64,000 nt of DNA, taken from contig CAWDRG010000011.1 of NCBI GenBank assembly GCA_963804645.1, positions 96,001 through 160,000 of the forward strand, written 5' to 3'. Source of the stretch: an uncultured Bacillota bacterium. GTDB taxonomy: Bacteria > Sysuimicrobiota > Sysuimicrobiia > Sysuimicrobiales > Segetimicrobiaceae. Position 1 is the stretch's first letter; each line of letters starts with the position of its first letter. The translations under genes and the position numbers were made by a program. Shown here one piece after another: positions 47,416 through 59,011 of this stretch. Below the pieces are notes generated by a model. That model worked only from the letters and a program-made list of their open reading frames with translations. It was not told where the DNA came from and ran no database searches.

Positions 47416-49746
47416 ATGCCCCGCGGCAGCGAGAGGTGGGTGGCAGATCGCGACGGCCCGACGCGTACGCTCTCCGCGTCCCCCGTGGCCGTCAGCGTCA
47501 CCCTCTGCACGGCGCGCATCGTGCGCGTGCGGATCGGCCGGCACGAGCCGCACACGAACGCCTCGTACGTGCCCGCCCGGACGTGGCCCGGCGCGGCGTG
47601 CACCGAGACGTCCGGGCCCTCGGCCTCCATCGATACCGGCGCGCTCGTGGTGCGTGTCACCGCGGATCCGGCGAGTGTGACCTTCTGCGATGGGGTCGGC
47701 CGCGCACGCCTCAGCCTGCCGCTCACCGACCTGCGCGGAGCACCGAGCCCGCGGGTGCGGCTCGAGCTGGCAAGTGTCCAGCATTTCTACGGACTCGGTG
47801 GGGGCGGGCAGCAGTTCGACCGGCTCGGGACCACGAGACGCTTCTGGACGAACCACGCGAACCACGGCCACGGGGCGGACGTCCCGATCCCGCTCCTGCT
47901 GTCGCACCTCGGATACGGGCTGTTCTTCGACCACGCGGGCCCCGCCGACATCACCGTGGGCGGGGCCGAGGCGGGCCGGTGGGTCGAGTATCGCAGCGCG
48001 CAGGCACCGCTCGACCTCTACTACCTTGGCGGGAGCGATCTGCGCGAGGTACTGGGCGAGGTCGCAACGCTGCTGGGACCGGCACCGATGCCCCCCCGCT
48101 GGGCGCTCGGCTATCTGCAGTCGACGCGCCACTTCGAGAACCCCGAGGAGTGGCAGCGGCTCCCGGCCACGATGCGCGACAAGCGGCTCCCGTGCGACGG
48201 TCTCATCTTTCTATCCACGTACGGTGACTTCTTGGGCTGGAACCGGGGGGTCGGGCATTTGGAGTGTGACCTGCGATCGCTGCCCGAGCCGGCCGCGTAC
48301 TTCGCGCAGCTGCACGCGCAGCACTTTCACGTCGTGACGCACGAGTATCCGGTGCTGCACTCCGCGTCGCCCCTCTACGCGGAAGCCTCCGCGCGGGGGT
48401 ATCTGCTCGACGCAGGGTATCCGCACGCGGCCGCCCTCGAGCGCCCGACGGACAACTACCGTGAAGGCCAGCGCTATCTTGATTTCTCCAATCCGGAAGT
48501 CCGGGCATGGTGGTGGCAGCAGCACCGCCCGCTCGCCGAACTGGGGGTGGACGGGTGGTGGCTCGACGGCGGCGAAGGGCCCGCCGCGGACACCCGGCTC
48601 TACGCTGGAACCGGTGCCGACGTCCACAACCGGTACGACCTAATGCGGCAAGAGGGGTTCGCCGACGGCGAGGCGGCGGACCGCCCGGATCGTCGCGTCT
48701 TTCTCCTCTGCCGATCCGGGGGCGCCGGCATGCAGCGCTTCGGCGCGACCTGCTGGTCGGGCGACATCGACGCGACGTTCTCCACGCTCGAGGAGCAGCC
48801 GGCCATCGGCTTGAACGTTGGACTGTCGGGCGTGCCGTATTGGGGCACCGACGTCGGTGGATTCTATCAAGTGGGCCCGGACCGCGCGGAACTGTACGTC
48901 CGGTGGTTCCAATTCGGGGTGTTTACGCCGATCTTGCGCGCACATGGGCGCGTGTGGCGCGACCACGTGCCCTGGGCGCACGGCCCCGAAGTGGAAGCCA
49001 TCTGCCGGCGGTATCTCGAACTGCGCTACCGGCTCCTCCCGTACACGTACAGCCTCGCCTGGCAGGCGCACCGCCACGGGCTCCCGCTGATGCGGCCCCT
49101 GATCCTGAACTATCCCGATGATGTCCGGGTGTGGAATCGAGCCACCGAATACCTCTGGGGTGACGATCTGCTCGTCGCCCCCGTGACGCGCGCGGGCGCG
49201 ACGCACTGGCCCGTCTACCTGCCGGCTGGCACGTGGTACGACTTCTGGACGCACGAGCGGTACGAAGGGCCGGGCGGCATCACCGTCGCGGCGCCGCTTG
49301 ACCGGCTGCCGCTCTTCGTGCGCGCCGGCGCGATCCTGCCGCTCGGACCAATCGTGCAGTATCACGACGAACGGCCGCTGACCGACATCGACTTGCTCGT
49401 CTACGGCGGACGGAACGGTGCGTTCACGCTGTATGAAGACGACGGCACCACGACAGCGTACCGTCGGGACCGATACGCGCTTACCACATTCGAGAGCGCC
49501 TCCACCGAACGGACGCTGACCGTACGCATCGCCGGCCCCGCGGGGGAAGCCGGGCTCATCCCGGCGGACCGCGCCTACTCGGTGCGCATGTGCGCGCCCG
49601 TGAGGCCGCGCCGCGTCCGGCTCTCCGGGTTCGGCGAACTCCCCGAACGGCCTCACGCGGGCGCTCCGGGATGGTGGTATGAAGACGGACGATTTGTCTG
49701 TGTTCGCGTGCCGTCTCACCCGGCCGTCGTCGACCTCGACTGGTAA
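47416..49746 (+). CDS. GH31 alpha-glycosidase
   Basis: PPRWALG, DFSNP, GWWLDGGE, WSGD, GTDVGG, RWFQFG, YEDDG. Confidence 0.92.
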   Translation: MPRGSERWVADRDGPTRTLSASPVAVSVTLCTARIVRVRIGRHEPHTNASYVPARTWPGAACTETSGPSASIDTGALVVRVTADPASVTFCDGVGRARLSLPLTDLRGAPSPRVRLELASVQHFYGLGGGGQQFDRLGTTRRFWTNHANHGHGADVPIPLLLSHLGYGLFFDHAGPADITVGGAEAGRWVEYRSAQAPLDLYYLGGSDLREVLGEVATLLGPAPMPPRWALGYLQSTRHFENPEEWQRLPATMRDKRLPCDGLIFLSTYGDFLGWNRGVGHLECDLRSLPEPAAYFAQLHAQHFHVVTHEYPVLHSASPLYAEASARGYLLDAGYPHAAALERPTDNYREGQRYLDFSNPEVRAWWWQQHRPLAELGVDGWWLDGGEGPAADTRLYAGTGADVHNRYDLMRQEGFADGEAADRPDRRVFLLCRSGGAGMQRFGATCWSGDIDATFSTLEEQPAIGLNVGLSGVPYWGTDVGGFYQVGPDRAELYVRWFQFGVFTPILRAHGRVWRDHVPWAHGPEVEAICRRYLELRYRLLPYTYSLAWQAHRHGLPLMRPLILNYPDDVRVWNRATEYLWGDDLLVAPVTRAGATHWPVYLPAGTWYDFWTHERYEGPGGITVAAPLDRLPLFVRAGAILPLGPIVQYHDERPLTDIDLLVYGGRNGAFTLYEDDGTTTAYRRDRYALTTFESASTERTLTVRIAGPAGEAGLIPADRAYSVRMCAPVRPRRVRLSGFGELPERPHAGAPGWWYEDGRFVCVRVPSHPAVVDLDW

Positions 49747-50382
49747 CGAGCCGCACACGTCCACGAGAGGCGCGCTCGCAGGGGCCACGTGAAACCTTGC
49801 GCGCACCCGCGGGGGCCGAGCGACCGCGGGCGCCCGCCGACCGGCACGCCGGGCGGGGCGGCGCTCAGCCGCCGAACTGCGGATTGCCCTGGTCGCCCTC
49901 CACGGGCGCCCCGGCCCGAAACCTGCAATTCGCCCGCCCTTTTGAGACGTCCGACGAGTTCGTCTCGCGTTGGAGCCACGCTCCCTCCGCTTCGCCGCAG
50001 ATAAGACGTCGAATCATCCGACATGCTGCCCGCCGCCAGATGCACGCCGCGCCGGGGACACGGGCGGTCATCGCGTACCGGAAACACTTCATTTCGGCGG
50101 TTCGTGTTTAAATTAACGTGAAATTTCCAGTTTGGCGCCTGCGCTCCTCCCTCCGTGGAACCGCTACTATCAGGCTAGCGATGCGCATCACGAACCGCAT
50201 CTATCCACGGTAGCGCCCAGGGATCGATCTTGTCTCTCGCCGAAGGCCTCGCCGCGGCTCCCCCTACTGGTGGGCGCGTTGGGCGCCCCCGTGCCGATAT
50301 GGTATTAAGGATACGGGACCATGATATGGCGCGGGGTACGAAGGCAGACCGCGGCCGGGGGTCGTGGCGTTCGGGAGGGGAC

Positions 50383-51027
50383 ATGACGGAACTCTTTATG
50401 AGGGCGAAGACTTGGCTGGCGGCGGCACTGGTGGCGGTCCCGCTGCTCGCGCTCCCCGCAGCGGCGGCACCCTCCGCGTCCGAGATCCTCGCGCGCGTGG
50501 CGGCGGCGAACGGGTCGCCCCCAAACATGACGGCGGACGTGCTCTTCAAACTGTGGAAAGGCAAGCCGGTGGGCGACCCCTACTGCGTATTTGCCGGCAC
50601 GATGGCGGTGCAGGACGGTCACCCCGCGATACAGATGTCGCGCGGCGGCACCAGCCTGCTCTGCGGGGCCATGGACCACTATGTCGTCGGCAGGCTGTTC
50701 GACGCGAGTGAGCCGATGGCGTCGTTTCTCAACCGCTTCGATTTCACCGTCGCAGGCGAGAAACAGGTGGGACCCGATACCTATTACGACATCGAGGGCG
50801 TATCCCGCGACCCCAAAAACAACCCTCACGGCATGGGCGCGTGGGTCGATTACAATACCGGCCTCATCACGGACGGCACCCTCCGGTACGATTGGGGAAC
50901 CGTAAACATTCAGCAGCAGTATACGAACCTGAATAACGTCTGGGTGATGACGATGCAAGATGTGCGGTCCAGCAAGTACGCCGCGACGCTTCAGGTCGTC
51001 TACAGCAACTTCCGCGTGTCTCCCTAA
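50383..51027 (+). CDS. Secreted hypothetical protein (beta-rich)
   Basis: Signal peptide ending AAA, coding-like composition, GGAGG RBS. Confidence 0.7.
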   Translation: MTELFMRAKTWLAAALVAVPLLALPAAAAPSASEILARVAAANGSPPNMTADVLFKLWKGKPVGDPYCVFAGTMAVQDGHPAIQMSRGGTSLLCGAMDHYVVGRLFDASEPMASFLNRFDFTVAGEKQVGPDTYYDIEGVSRDPKNNPHGMGAWVDYNTGLITDGTLRYDWGTVNIQQQYTNLNNVWVMTMQDVRSSKYAATLQVVYSNFRVSP

Positions 51028-51154
51028 CGGCGCGCTGGGAATACCGGCCGCCGCGGCTTGCCGCCATCCGGGCCTCCCGATCCTGATCGGCGCGACCGCC
51101 TTCACGCGCGTGGGTGGCGGAGTGGAGGATCGCCCGACAGGGTCTAGGCGTCGG

Positions 51155-51730
51155 CTATGTCGGCGCCGGCGGGCTCGAGGGACGCGAGCCTCCACCCCGG
51201 GAGACGTCCTCCAGGTCGACCGCGAGCGGCCCGATGAGGGCCGCGCAGAAATGATACCAGGCCACCGTAACGGCGAGATCGATCACGCTTTGCGGCGAGA
51301 GGTGCCGGAGCAGAGTGGACATCGTCGCGTCGTCGATCGTCCGGGAGCGCGCGACCTGGTCGGCGTACGCCATCGCGGCGCGTTCCGCGGGCGTATAGGC
51401 GTCGCTGCCGCGCCACGCCCCGATCTCCGCGAGTTTCGTTTCCGAGACGCCGGCCTTGCGGGCCGCGGCGCGATGATGCACCCGCTCATACTCCACGTTC
51501 AGGACGTCGGCCGTGACCAGGATCGCGAGTTCGCGCAGCTGCGGAGGCAACGAGCTGTCTTCTCGGATGTACCGCGACATAGACATGAACGCGCGCAGCG
51601 CCGGTGGCTGGTTCGCCAAGATCCGGTAGAGGTTGACGAGTCCTCCCCGCAGCTGGATGATCTCGTCGTAAATCGCTCGGGCGTCTCCCGCCGCTCCCTC
51701 CGACTCCATCACATACTCGAGCCGCGCCAT
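51155..51730 (-). CDS. Carboxymuconolactone decarboxylase/AhpD-like protein
   Basis: LPPQLRELAIL, YERVHH, ERAAMAYAD. Confidence 0.85.
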   Translation of the reverse strand: MARLEYVMESEGAAGDARAIYDEIIQLRGGLVNLYRILANQPPALRAFMSMSRYIREDSSLPPQLRELAILVTADVLNVEYERVHHRAAARKAGVSETKLAEIGAWRGSDAYTPAERAAMAYADQVARSRTIDDATMSTLLRHLSPQSVIDLAVTVAWYHFCAALIGPLAVDLEDVSRGGGSRPSSPPAPT

Positions 51731-51846
51731 CCGCATCCTCCCTCTCTGCGCACTCATGATCCCGCTCCGGTCGGTCGGCGTCGGCCGCCAGACTCTGATC
51801 GAGCACCTGGAGCGCAGGGCACGTCAGACAAGCACGGACCGTGGCG

Positions 51847-53073
51847 TCAGGCGAGGACGCTGTTGGCGAGGTCGACGCCCGTGAAGTCGTCGAGCTCGCG
51901 CGCGGCCACCCGCAGCTGCCTCGCGAGATCTTGGATTTCGGCAGCGTACCCGGGCTGACCGCCCTGCCCATCGCCCGCGCTCTGGTATAGATTGTGCTGC
52001 TCCTCGGGGTCCGCGGTCAGATGATACAGCGAGTTCGGCCCGCCGCGGCTCAGGATCAGCTTCCACTCGTCGGTCCGCACGCATCGCTGCACGTACTCGC
52101 TGCGGTCCGTGACGGTCTCGATGTAGTACGCGTCCCGCCACGCCGGGGCCTGCCCCTCGAACCAGGGGCGGATACTGCGTCCCTGCGCATACGCCGGGAC
52201 GGGGCCACCCGCCCAATCGAGGACGGTCGGCAGCACGTCCTGCAGCCCGACGACGGCGTCGACCGTGAGCCCGGTCCGGATCCGCCCCGGACACCGCGCG
52301 ATCATCGGAATGCGGATCGCCTCGTCGAAACAGACCGCGTTGTGCCCGCCTTCCTCGCGGGAGAAGAACGTGTCCCCGTGGTCGGTGAAATACATGATCA
52401 CGGTATTCTCGGCCAGTCCGAGATCGTCGATCGCCTCTACGATACGGCCGGTGTTGAAGTCGATGTTGCTCACAGCCGCATAGTATCCGGGAAACGGCAC
52501 GCCGCGCCCCCGGTACGGCGCGTAGAAAGGCTCGGGCGCGGTGTACGGATCGTGGGGCGGATAGTACCCCTGCACCATCACGAACGGCTGCCGGCCGCGT
52601 GCGGCCCCCCGAAGAAACTCGAGGCAGTGATCCGTCTGCACGTCCGGCTTGTAGCGGCGGTCCGCCCCGACCTGGACCCAGTGGCCCCCGCGCGAGTTGA
52701 AAGCGTCCCACACGTCGAAACTGCCGGGGTTGCGGTGGCCGAGGCCCCACTTGCCGAAGTACGCGGTGAGGTAGCCGGCCGCCTTGAGGAGATCAAACAC
52801 GGTCGTCGACACCTGTGCCACCGAGTGCAGCGCGTCGTCGACGCGGGGCACGTTCTTCGTGATGCCGTGCGCGTGCGGGTAGACCCCGGTCCACATCGTC
52901 GCGCGCGACGGCGAGCACACCGGCCAGGGGGTGAACCCGGCCGTGCACCGCGCGCCCTCGGCCGCGAGCCGATCGAGGCAGGGGGTCTCGACGAAGCGGT
53001 TGCCGTTGCACCCGAGGGAGTCGTAGCGCTGCTGATCGGACACGATCAGCACGAAGTTCGGTCGAGACGCCAC
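51847..53073 (-). CDS. Cys-type sulfatase
   Basis: [15 protein letters not shown] formylglycine motif, GKW, TDHG. Confidence 0.92.
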   Translation of the reverse strand: MASRPNFVLIVSDQQRYDSLGCNGNRFVETPCLDRLAAEGARCTAGFTPWPVCSPSRATMWTGVYPHAHGITKNVPRVDDALHSVAQVSTTVFDLLKAAGYLTAYFGKWGLGHRNPGSFDVWDAFNSRGGHWVQVGADRRYKPDVQTDHCLEFLRGAARGRQPFVMVQGYYPPHDPYTAPEPFYAPYRGRGVPFPGYYAAVSNIDFNTGRIVEAIDDLGLAENTVIMYFTDHGDTFFSREEGGHNAVCFDEAIRIPMIARCPGRIRTGLTVDAVVGLQDVLPTVLDWAGGPVPAYAQGRSIRPWFEGQAPAWRDAYYIETVTDRSEYVQRCVRTDEWKLILSRGGPNSLYHLTADPEEQHNLYQSAGDGQGGQPGYAAEIQDLARQLRVAARELDDFTGVDLANSVLA

Positions 53074-53164
53074 GCCGCACCCCCGAGCGTCGACACGCAT
53101 TTGGCGTGCCCGACGACGTTTGATACCATTATACGGTTCCCCAACCGGACAAGGGAGCGTGGCA

Positions 53165-54964
53165 TTGTCCACCGCATTTCGCAACATTGCGATCATCGCG
53201 CACGTCGACCACGGCAAGACGACGCTGGTCGACGGCATGCTGCGGCAGAGCGGCACGTTTCGTGCGAACGAAGCGGTCGTCGACCGCGTCATGGATTCGA
53301 ATGAGTTGGAGCGGGAGCGCGGCATCACCATCCTCGCGAAGAACACCGCGATCTTCTATCGCGACACCAAGATCAACATCGTGGACACCCCCGGCCACAG
53401 CGACTTCGGCGGCGAGGTCGAGCGCGCGCTGACGATGGTGGACGGGGTGATGCTGCTCGTGGACGCGAGCGAAGGCCCCCTGCCCCAGACCCGGTACGTG
53501 CTCAGCAAAGCGCTGGAGCGCGGCCTGCCGCCGATCGTGGTCATCAACAAGATCGACCGCGGCGACGCGCGCCCGGCGCAGGTGCTCAACGAGATTTACG
53601 ACCTGTTTATCGATCTGGACGCGAAGGAGGACCAACTCGAGTTCCCGGTCCTGTACACGAACGCCAAAACCGGCACCGCCTCGCCCGCCGCGGACGTGCC
53701 GGGCACCGACCTCCAGCCCCTGTTCGACGCGATCGTCGCCACGGTGCCCCCGCCGGCGGGGCGGGCCGACGCGCCGCTGCAGGTGCTGGTGGCCAACCTC
53801 GACTACAGCGATTTTCTCGGGCGCATCGCCATCGCGCGCGTCTTCAACGGCACGCTGGTGGCCGGCAAGGACGTGGGGATCGCGAAACTCGACGGCTCGC
53901 TCGTGAAGACGCGCATCACCAAACTGTTCACGTTCAGCGGGCTCCGGCGCACCGAGGTGGCGGCCGCGGAGGTGGGCGACATCATCGCCGTCGCCGGGGT
54001 CGAGGGCATTACGATCGGCGAGACGATCACGGACGCGGAGACGCCGGCGCCGCTGCGGCGCATCGCGGTCGACGAACCGACGATCGCCATGCAGTTCAAT
54101 GTCAACACGTCCCCCCTCGCGGGCCGCGAGGGGGACTACGTGACGTCCCGCAACCTGCGCGAGCGCCTCGAGAAGGAGCTGCTGACCAACGTCTCGCTGC
54201 GCGTCGAGCCGACGGGCACCGCCGACGCGTTCAAGGTGATGGGGCGGGGCGCCCTGCAGCTCGCGATCCTCGTCGAGACGATGCGCCGGGAAGGGTACGA
54301 GCTCATGGTCGGCAAGCCCGAGATCGTGACCAAGACGGTCGACGGCACGGTGATGGAGCCGATGGAACAGCTGACGATCGACGTCCCCGAGAATTTTGTC
54401 GGGGTCGTCGTCGAGAAGCTGGGCCCCCGCAAGGGGCAGATGACCAACATGCACAATCACGGCTTCGGCCGGGTGCGCCTCGAGTTCCGGATCCCAAGCC
54501 GCGGCCTCATCGGGCTCCGCAGCGAGCTGCTCACCGACACCCGCGGGACCGTCGTCATGAACGCGCTGTTCGACGGCTACACCGAATGGGCCGGGGAGAT
54601 CCCGCGGCGTCCGACCGGGGCGCTCGTCGCCGACCGACCCGGGATGACGACCTCGTACGCCCTCTACAACCTGCAGGAGCGCGGCGAGCTGTTTGTGGGG
54701 CCCGGCACCGAGGTATACGAGGGCATGCTGATCGGCGAGAACGCGCGCGACAACGATCTCGATGTGAACGCGGTGCGCGAGAAGAAATTGACGAACATGC
54801 GCGCGTCGACGGCAGACCTGGCGATCCGGTTGGTCCCCCACCGCGTCCTGAACTTGGAGCAGGCGATCGAGTTTATCGCGGACGACGAATTCGTCGAGGT
54901 CACCCCGGGGTCACTGCGGCTCAGAAAGCGAGTCCTGCCGGCCGTGCGCCGGCACAACAGGTAG
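53165..54964 (+). CDS. typA: Translational GTPase TypA/BipA
   Basis: [54 protein letters not shown] start after AAGGGAG. Confidence 0.97.
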   Translation: MSTAFRNIAIIAHVDHGKTTLVDGMLRQSGTFRANEAVVDRVMDSNELERERGITILAKNTAIFYRDTKINIVDTPGHSDFGGEVERALTMVDGVMLLVDASEGPLPQTRYVLSKALERGLPPIVVINKIDRGDARPAQVLNEIYDLFIDLDAKEDQLEFPVLYTNAKTGTASPAADVPGTDLQPLFDAIVATVPPPAGRADAPLQVLVANLDYSDFLGRIAIARVFNGTLVAGKDVGIAKLDGSLVKTRITKLFTFSGLRRTEVAAAEVGDIIAVAGVEGITIGETITDAETPAPLRRIAVDEPTIAMQFNVNTSPLAGREGDYVTSRNLRERLEKELLTNVSLRVEPTGTADAFKVMGRGALQLAILVETMRREGYELMVGKPEIVTKTVDGTVMEPMEQLTIDVPENFVGVVVEKLGPRKGQMTNMHNHGFGRVRLEFRIPSRGLIGLRSELLTDTRGTVVMNALFDGYTEWAGEIPRRPTGALVADRPGMTTSYALYNLQERGELFVGPGTEVYEGMLIGENARDNDLDVNAVREKKLTNMRASTADLAIRLVPHRVLNLEQAIEFIADDEFVEVTPGSLRLRKRVLPAVRRHNR

Positions 54965-55126
54965 CCGCGGCGACCCGCCGAGCGTCCGGACCCCGTCCGG
55001 TCCACCTCCGCACGACTCCGCGCGCTGCAGCGAGAAAGGGCCGCGTCCGCGCTGCGCGGAAGCACACTTAGCGCCCCACCGCCAGCATCCCCGGACCGCC
55101 GTGTCCGCGATACGAGGAGGACCGCG

Positions 55127-56005
55127 ATGCCCAGCCCGGCCCGTGACGCCGTTGCCCGCGAGTACCGCTACGAGCTGCTGACCTGGCCCGAGATCAACGA
55201 AGCCGTCGCCCTCAACAAGGTGGTCATCCTGCCCGTCGGGTCGACCGAACAGCACGGCCCCCACCTGCCCCTCGACGTCGACGCGAAGCTCAGTTCGGCG
55301 GTGGTCTACGAGGCCGCGCGCCGCGCGCCGACAGAAATGTTGGTGCTGCCCCCCGTCGCCTACGGCTACTGCCATCACGTGATGGACTACCCCGGGACGA
55401 TCAACATCGAGCCGACGACGTTCGTGAAGTTCCTGCTCGACATCACACGCTCGGTCGCGTACCACGGCTTCAAGCGCCTCGTCATCGTCAACGGCCACGG
55501 CTCGAACCACCCGCTCGTGGAGGAGGTCGGCCGGCAGACCACCCTCCAGACGGACGCCCTGTGCGTCACCCTCAGCTGGTGGCAGCTCATCGGGCAGTTT
55601 TGGAACGCGGAGCTGCGCACCTCGGTCATCCCGGGCGGGTGCTCGCACGCGTGCGAACTGGAGACGTCGATGTATCTGACCGTGGACCGGCCGCACGTCC
55701 GGGAGGCCCTGATCGAGAGCCACCTGCCCGAGTTTCAGAAGATCCCGGGTGAAATGGAATGGCACTTCACGGACCTGGCGGGACCCAGCAGCCCCGCGAC
55801 GCTCGTCGAGTGGACGTCGTCCTTCTCACCGACCGGGGTCATCGGCGAGGCGGCCAAAGCCACGGAGGAAAAAGGCCGCCGGGTGTTCGATCAGGCCGCG
55901 TTCCGCCTCGTCGAGATGGTCCGGTGGCTGCGCGCCCGGCCCGCCCCACCCCGCAGGGATCATCACGAGGTGCCGCCGACCTTCGCGCTGCCGTTCGGGT
56001 GGTAG
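55127..56005 (+). CDS. Creatininase family protein
   Basis: STEQHGPHLPLDVD, NGHGSN, HACELETS. Confidence 0.9.
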   Translation: MPSPARDAVAREYRYELLTWPEINEAVALNKVVILPVGSTEQHGPHLPLDVDAKLSSAVVYEAARRAPTEMLVLPPVAYGYCHHVMDYPGTINIEPTTFVKFLLDITRSVAYHGFKRLVIVNGHGSNHPLVEEVGRQTTLQTDALCVTLSWWQLIGQFWNAELRTSVIPGGCSHACELETSMYLTVDRPHVREALIESHLPEFQKIPGEMEWHFTDLAGPSSPATLVEWTSSFSPTGVIGEAAKATEEKGRRVFDQAAFRLVEMVRWLRARPAPPRRDHHEVPPTFALPFGW

Positions 56006-56045
56006 GCACGCGCCGAGGCGGGGCGGTCGTCGGCGCGCGGTCTCG

Positions 56046-56903
56046 CTAGGTCTTCGCGATCCAGAGCGGCTGCGTCGGCGCCACCTGGTGCGGCACGCGC
56101 GCCTTGATCGGCCGGGCCCGGAGCTCGCGGCAGATCTCCACCAGCTCACGGCCGCCGGCCTCGATGACATGCTGACCTTTGGCCTTGGTGGCCTTGGTCG
56201 GATCGCCCTTGACGCCGTTGCGCGTGTCCATGCTCCAGTACTCGGTCATCGAGACCGGGTTCTTGAAGGACGGGTCGGGCTTGCGCCCGGCGAGATCGCC
56301 CCAGAAATGCGGCGACATCTGATAGGTGGCGTCCGGCGCCGCGCGGTCCATCTTCACGCGCGCCTCGTCGACCGCGAGGTACACCGACGTCTCGATCTCG
56401 CAGGCGTGCGAGGTGATATTGGACTCCCGCTCGGCATTGAACACCTGGCGCACGTCGTGCAGGTCCCACCACGACGTGAACGCGCAGTGCACGTCGGGCC
56501 GCTCGACGACGGTCAGGCGCGCCGCCATCTCCAGCACGGGACGGTTGCTCCCGTGGCCGTTCACGATCAGAATCTTGCGAAAGCCGTGGTGGGCGAGGCT
56601 GCGGGTGATGTCCAGCACGTACTCGACGAACGTGGACCAGCGGATCGTGAGCGTCCCGGGGAAATCGATGTGATGCGGGCTGTAGCCGATCCGCACGCAC
56701 GGCAGGAGCGTGATCTCCTCGGGCGCCAGCTGCGCGGCCCGCTCGCAGATCGCCGAGGCGATCACGATGTCGGTATCCACGGGCAGGTGCGGCCCGTGGT
56801 CCTCGATCGTGGCGGCCGGGATCATGGCCACCCGGCCGGCGCGGACCGCGTCGTTGATGTCTTCCCACGTCATGTGCTCGTACAGGTACGGCAGTTTCGC
56901 CAT
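56046..56903 (-). CDS. Creatininase family protein
   Basis: [37 protein letters not shown]. Confidence 0.9.
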   Translation of the reverse strand: MAKLPYLYEHMTWEDINDAVRAGRVAMIPAATIEDHGPHLPVDTDIVIASAICERAAQLAPEEITLLPCVRIGYSPHHIDFPGTLTIRWSTFVEYVLDITRSLAHHGFRKILIVNGHGSNRPVLEMAARLTVVERPDVHCAFTSWWDLHDVRQVFNAERESNITSHACEIETSVYLAVDEARVKMDRAAPDATYQMSPHFWGDLAGRKPDPSFKNPVSMTEYWSMDTRNGVKGDPTKATKAKGQHVIEAGGRELVEICRELRARPIKARVPHQVAPTQPLWIAKT

Positions 56904-56934
56904 AGTGCCCCCCCTCGATGTCTCGATCGTGCCG

Positions 56935-57825
56935 TTACAGGATGCGGATGCGCGGATCCAGCAGGTCGCGGAGGCCGTCTCCGAGCAGGTTGAACCCCAG
57001 CACCGTTACCGCGATCGCGCAGCCCGGCAGCACGGCGATCCACGGGTCGATGAGCATATACTGCCGGGCGTCGCTCAGCATCAGCCCCCACGACGGGGTC
57101 GGCGGCTGCGTGCCCAGCCCGAGGAAGCTCAGCGCGGCCTCGGTCAGGATCGCCGTGGACAGCGACACCGTCGTCTGCACGAGGAGCGGCGCGGACACGT
57201 TCGGCACCACGTGGCGCAGCACGATCGCGGGGGTCGAAGCGCCGATCGCCCGCGCCGCCTCGATATACGGCAGGCGGACGACCGCGAGCGTCGGCCCGCG
57301 GGCGATCCGGGCGAAGGTCGGCGCGTACACGATTCCGATCGCGAGCATCACGTTCGTGAGGCTGGGGCCGAGGATGGCGGTGATCGCGATCGCGAGCACC
57401 AGCGCGGGCAGCGAGAATAGCACGTCCATCACGCGCATCGCCACGTTATCCAGCCAGCCCCCGAAGAATCCGGCGGCGACGCCGGTGGTCCCGCCGATGC
57501 CCAGCGCGACCGCCACCGCGAGCACGCCGACGTACAGGGACACGCGGGCGCCGAAAATCAGCCGGTTCAGCTCGTCGCGGCCCAGCTGGTCGGTGCCGGC
57601 GATGAAGGTCTTGCCGGGCGACAGGAGCGGCGTCGCGATCTGCGCGCTCGGCCCGACGGGCGCGAGCACGGGGGCCAGCAGCGCGATCAGCACGATGCAC
57701 GCGATCGTGACGGCGCCGATCAGGGCGACCGGGGTGCGGCGAAGCGCCCGCAGCCACCGCGCCGCGGCCCGGCGCCGGCCCGCGGCGCCGGGCGACGGCG
57801 CGACGATCGGGAGTGGCTCGCTCAT
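56935..57825 (-). CDS. Peptide/nickel ABC permease (DppC-like)
   Basis: [26 protein letters not shown]. Confidence 0.92.
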   Translation of the reverse strand: MSEPLPIVAPSPGAAGRRRAAARWLRALRRTPVALIGAVTIACIVLIALLAPVLAPVGPSAQIATPLLSPGKTFIAGTDQLGRDELNRLIFGARVSLYVGVLAVAVALGIGGTTGVAAGFFGGWLDNVAMRVMDVLFSLPALVLAIAITAILGPSLTNVMLAIGIVYAPTFARIARGPTLAVVRLPYIEAARAIGASTPAIVLRHVVPNVSAPLLVQTTVSLSTAILTEAALSFLGLGTQPPTPSWGLMLSDARQYMLIDPWIAVLPGCAIAVTVLGFNLLGDGLRDLLDPRIRIL

Positions 57826-57826
57826 G

Positions 57827-58774
57827 TCACTCGTACCGGATCCTGGGGTCGAGGTAGGTGTACGCGAGATCGACCGCGAGGTTCACGACCACAAACGTGG
57901 CCGCAAACAGCATGACCGTGCCCTGGACCACCGGGTAGTCGCGCTGGTACACGCCGTTGAGCAGCATCCAGCCCAGCCCGGGCAGCCCGAAAATCTGCTC
58001 CGTGATCACGACCCCGCCGAGCAGGTAGCCGACCTGGAGCCCGAGCACGGTGATGATGGGGATCAGGGCGTTTCTGAGGGCGTGGCGCAGCAGCACCCCG
58101 AAGGGAGGGACGCCCTTGGCCTGGGCGACCTTCACGAACTCCTGGCTCAGCACCTCGAGCATCGACGACCGCGTCATCCGGACGACGACGGCGACGAGGC
58201 CTAAGCTGAGCGACAGCACCGGCAGAAACATCTGCTGCAGGTTCACCCACGGCTGCGACCACACCGGGACGTAGATCAGCGCCGGCAGCCAATGAAACTG
58301 GTAGGAGGCAAAGATGATCAGCAGCACGGCGATCCAGAAGTTCGGCACGGACAGGCCGAGCAGCCCGACGATCTGGACCAGCGTTTTCACCCGCACGCTG
58401 CGCGATACGCTCGCCAGGATGCCGAGCGGGATGCCGACGATCGCGACGCCCACGACGCACAGGAGCGCCAGCTCGATCGTGATCGGCAGCCGAGACACGA
58501 GCAGATCGCCGACCGGCTGGCCCGATCGAAACGACACACCGAAGTTGCCGTGCGCCATGCTCACCAGCCAAAGCCCGTACTGCACGGGCACCGGCCGGTC
58601 GAGGCCGAACTCGTGCATCACCGCCGCCTTTTGGTCGGCGCTCAACTGGCCCTCGGTACCGGTGAGGATGTCGACGATCGTCCCCGGGAGCAGGCGGACG
58701 AGGACGAAGATCAGCACCGAGACGCCGAGTAGCGCGGCGATCGTCCAGAGGGAGCGTCGGACCAGATAGCGCAT
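57827..58774 (-). CDS. Peptide/nickel ABC permease (DppB-like)
   Basis: GLDRP, AQAKG, RDYPVVQG, DPRI. Confidence 0.92.
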   Translation of the reverse strand: MRYLVRRSLWTIAALLGVSVLIFVLVRLLPGTIVDILTGTEGQLSADQKAAVMHEFGLDRPVPVQYGLWLVSMAHGNFGVSFRSGQPVGDLLVSRLPITIELALLCVVGVAIVGIPLGILASVSRSVRVKTLVQIVGLLGLSVPNFWIAVLLIIFASYQFHWLPALIYVPVWSQPWVNLQQMFLPVLSLSLGLVAVVVRMTRSSMLEVLSQEFVKVAQAKGVPPFGVLLRHALRNALIPIITVLGLQVGYLLGGVVITEQIFGLPGLGWMLLNGVYQRDYPVVQGTVMLFAATFVVVNLAVDLAYTYLDPRIRYE

Positions 58775-59011
58775 GCGGTGGGGTGTCGCCCGGCCTCAGG
58801 CCTCGGTCCGGGGCGCGGCCCGCGGAACCGTGCGCGCCCCGCCGCGCCCTTCCCGACGGGGACAGGGCACGACCCGGGGGCGCGCGCGCACCACCCACCA
58901 GCCCGACCGTGCCATGCGTCACCCCCGGGACGTCGCCTCGCGTGCGGTGTTCATTCCATGCAGGGCGGCGAACCCCCTGTGTGCACCGCGAGACGGCGCG
59001 CGGTCGACCGC

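Noticed and set aside
49716..50111. ORFs or a c-di-GMP riboswitch in the intergenic region
   Set aside because: No recognisable protein motifs, and the riboswitch consensus elements could not be matched
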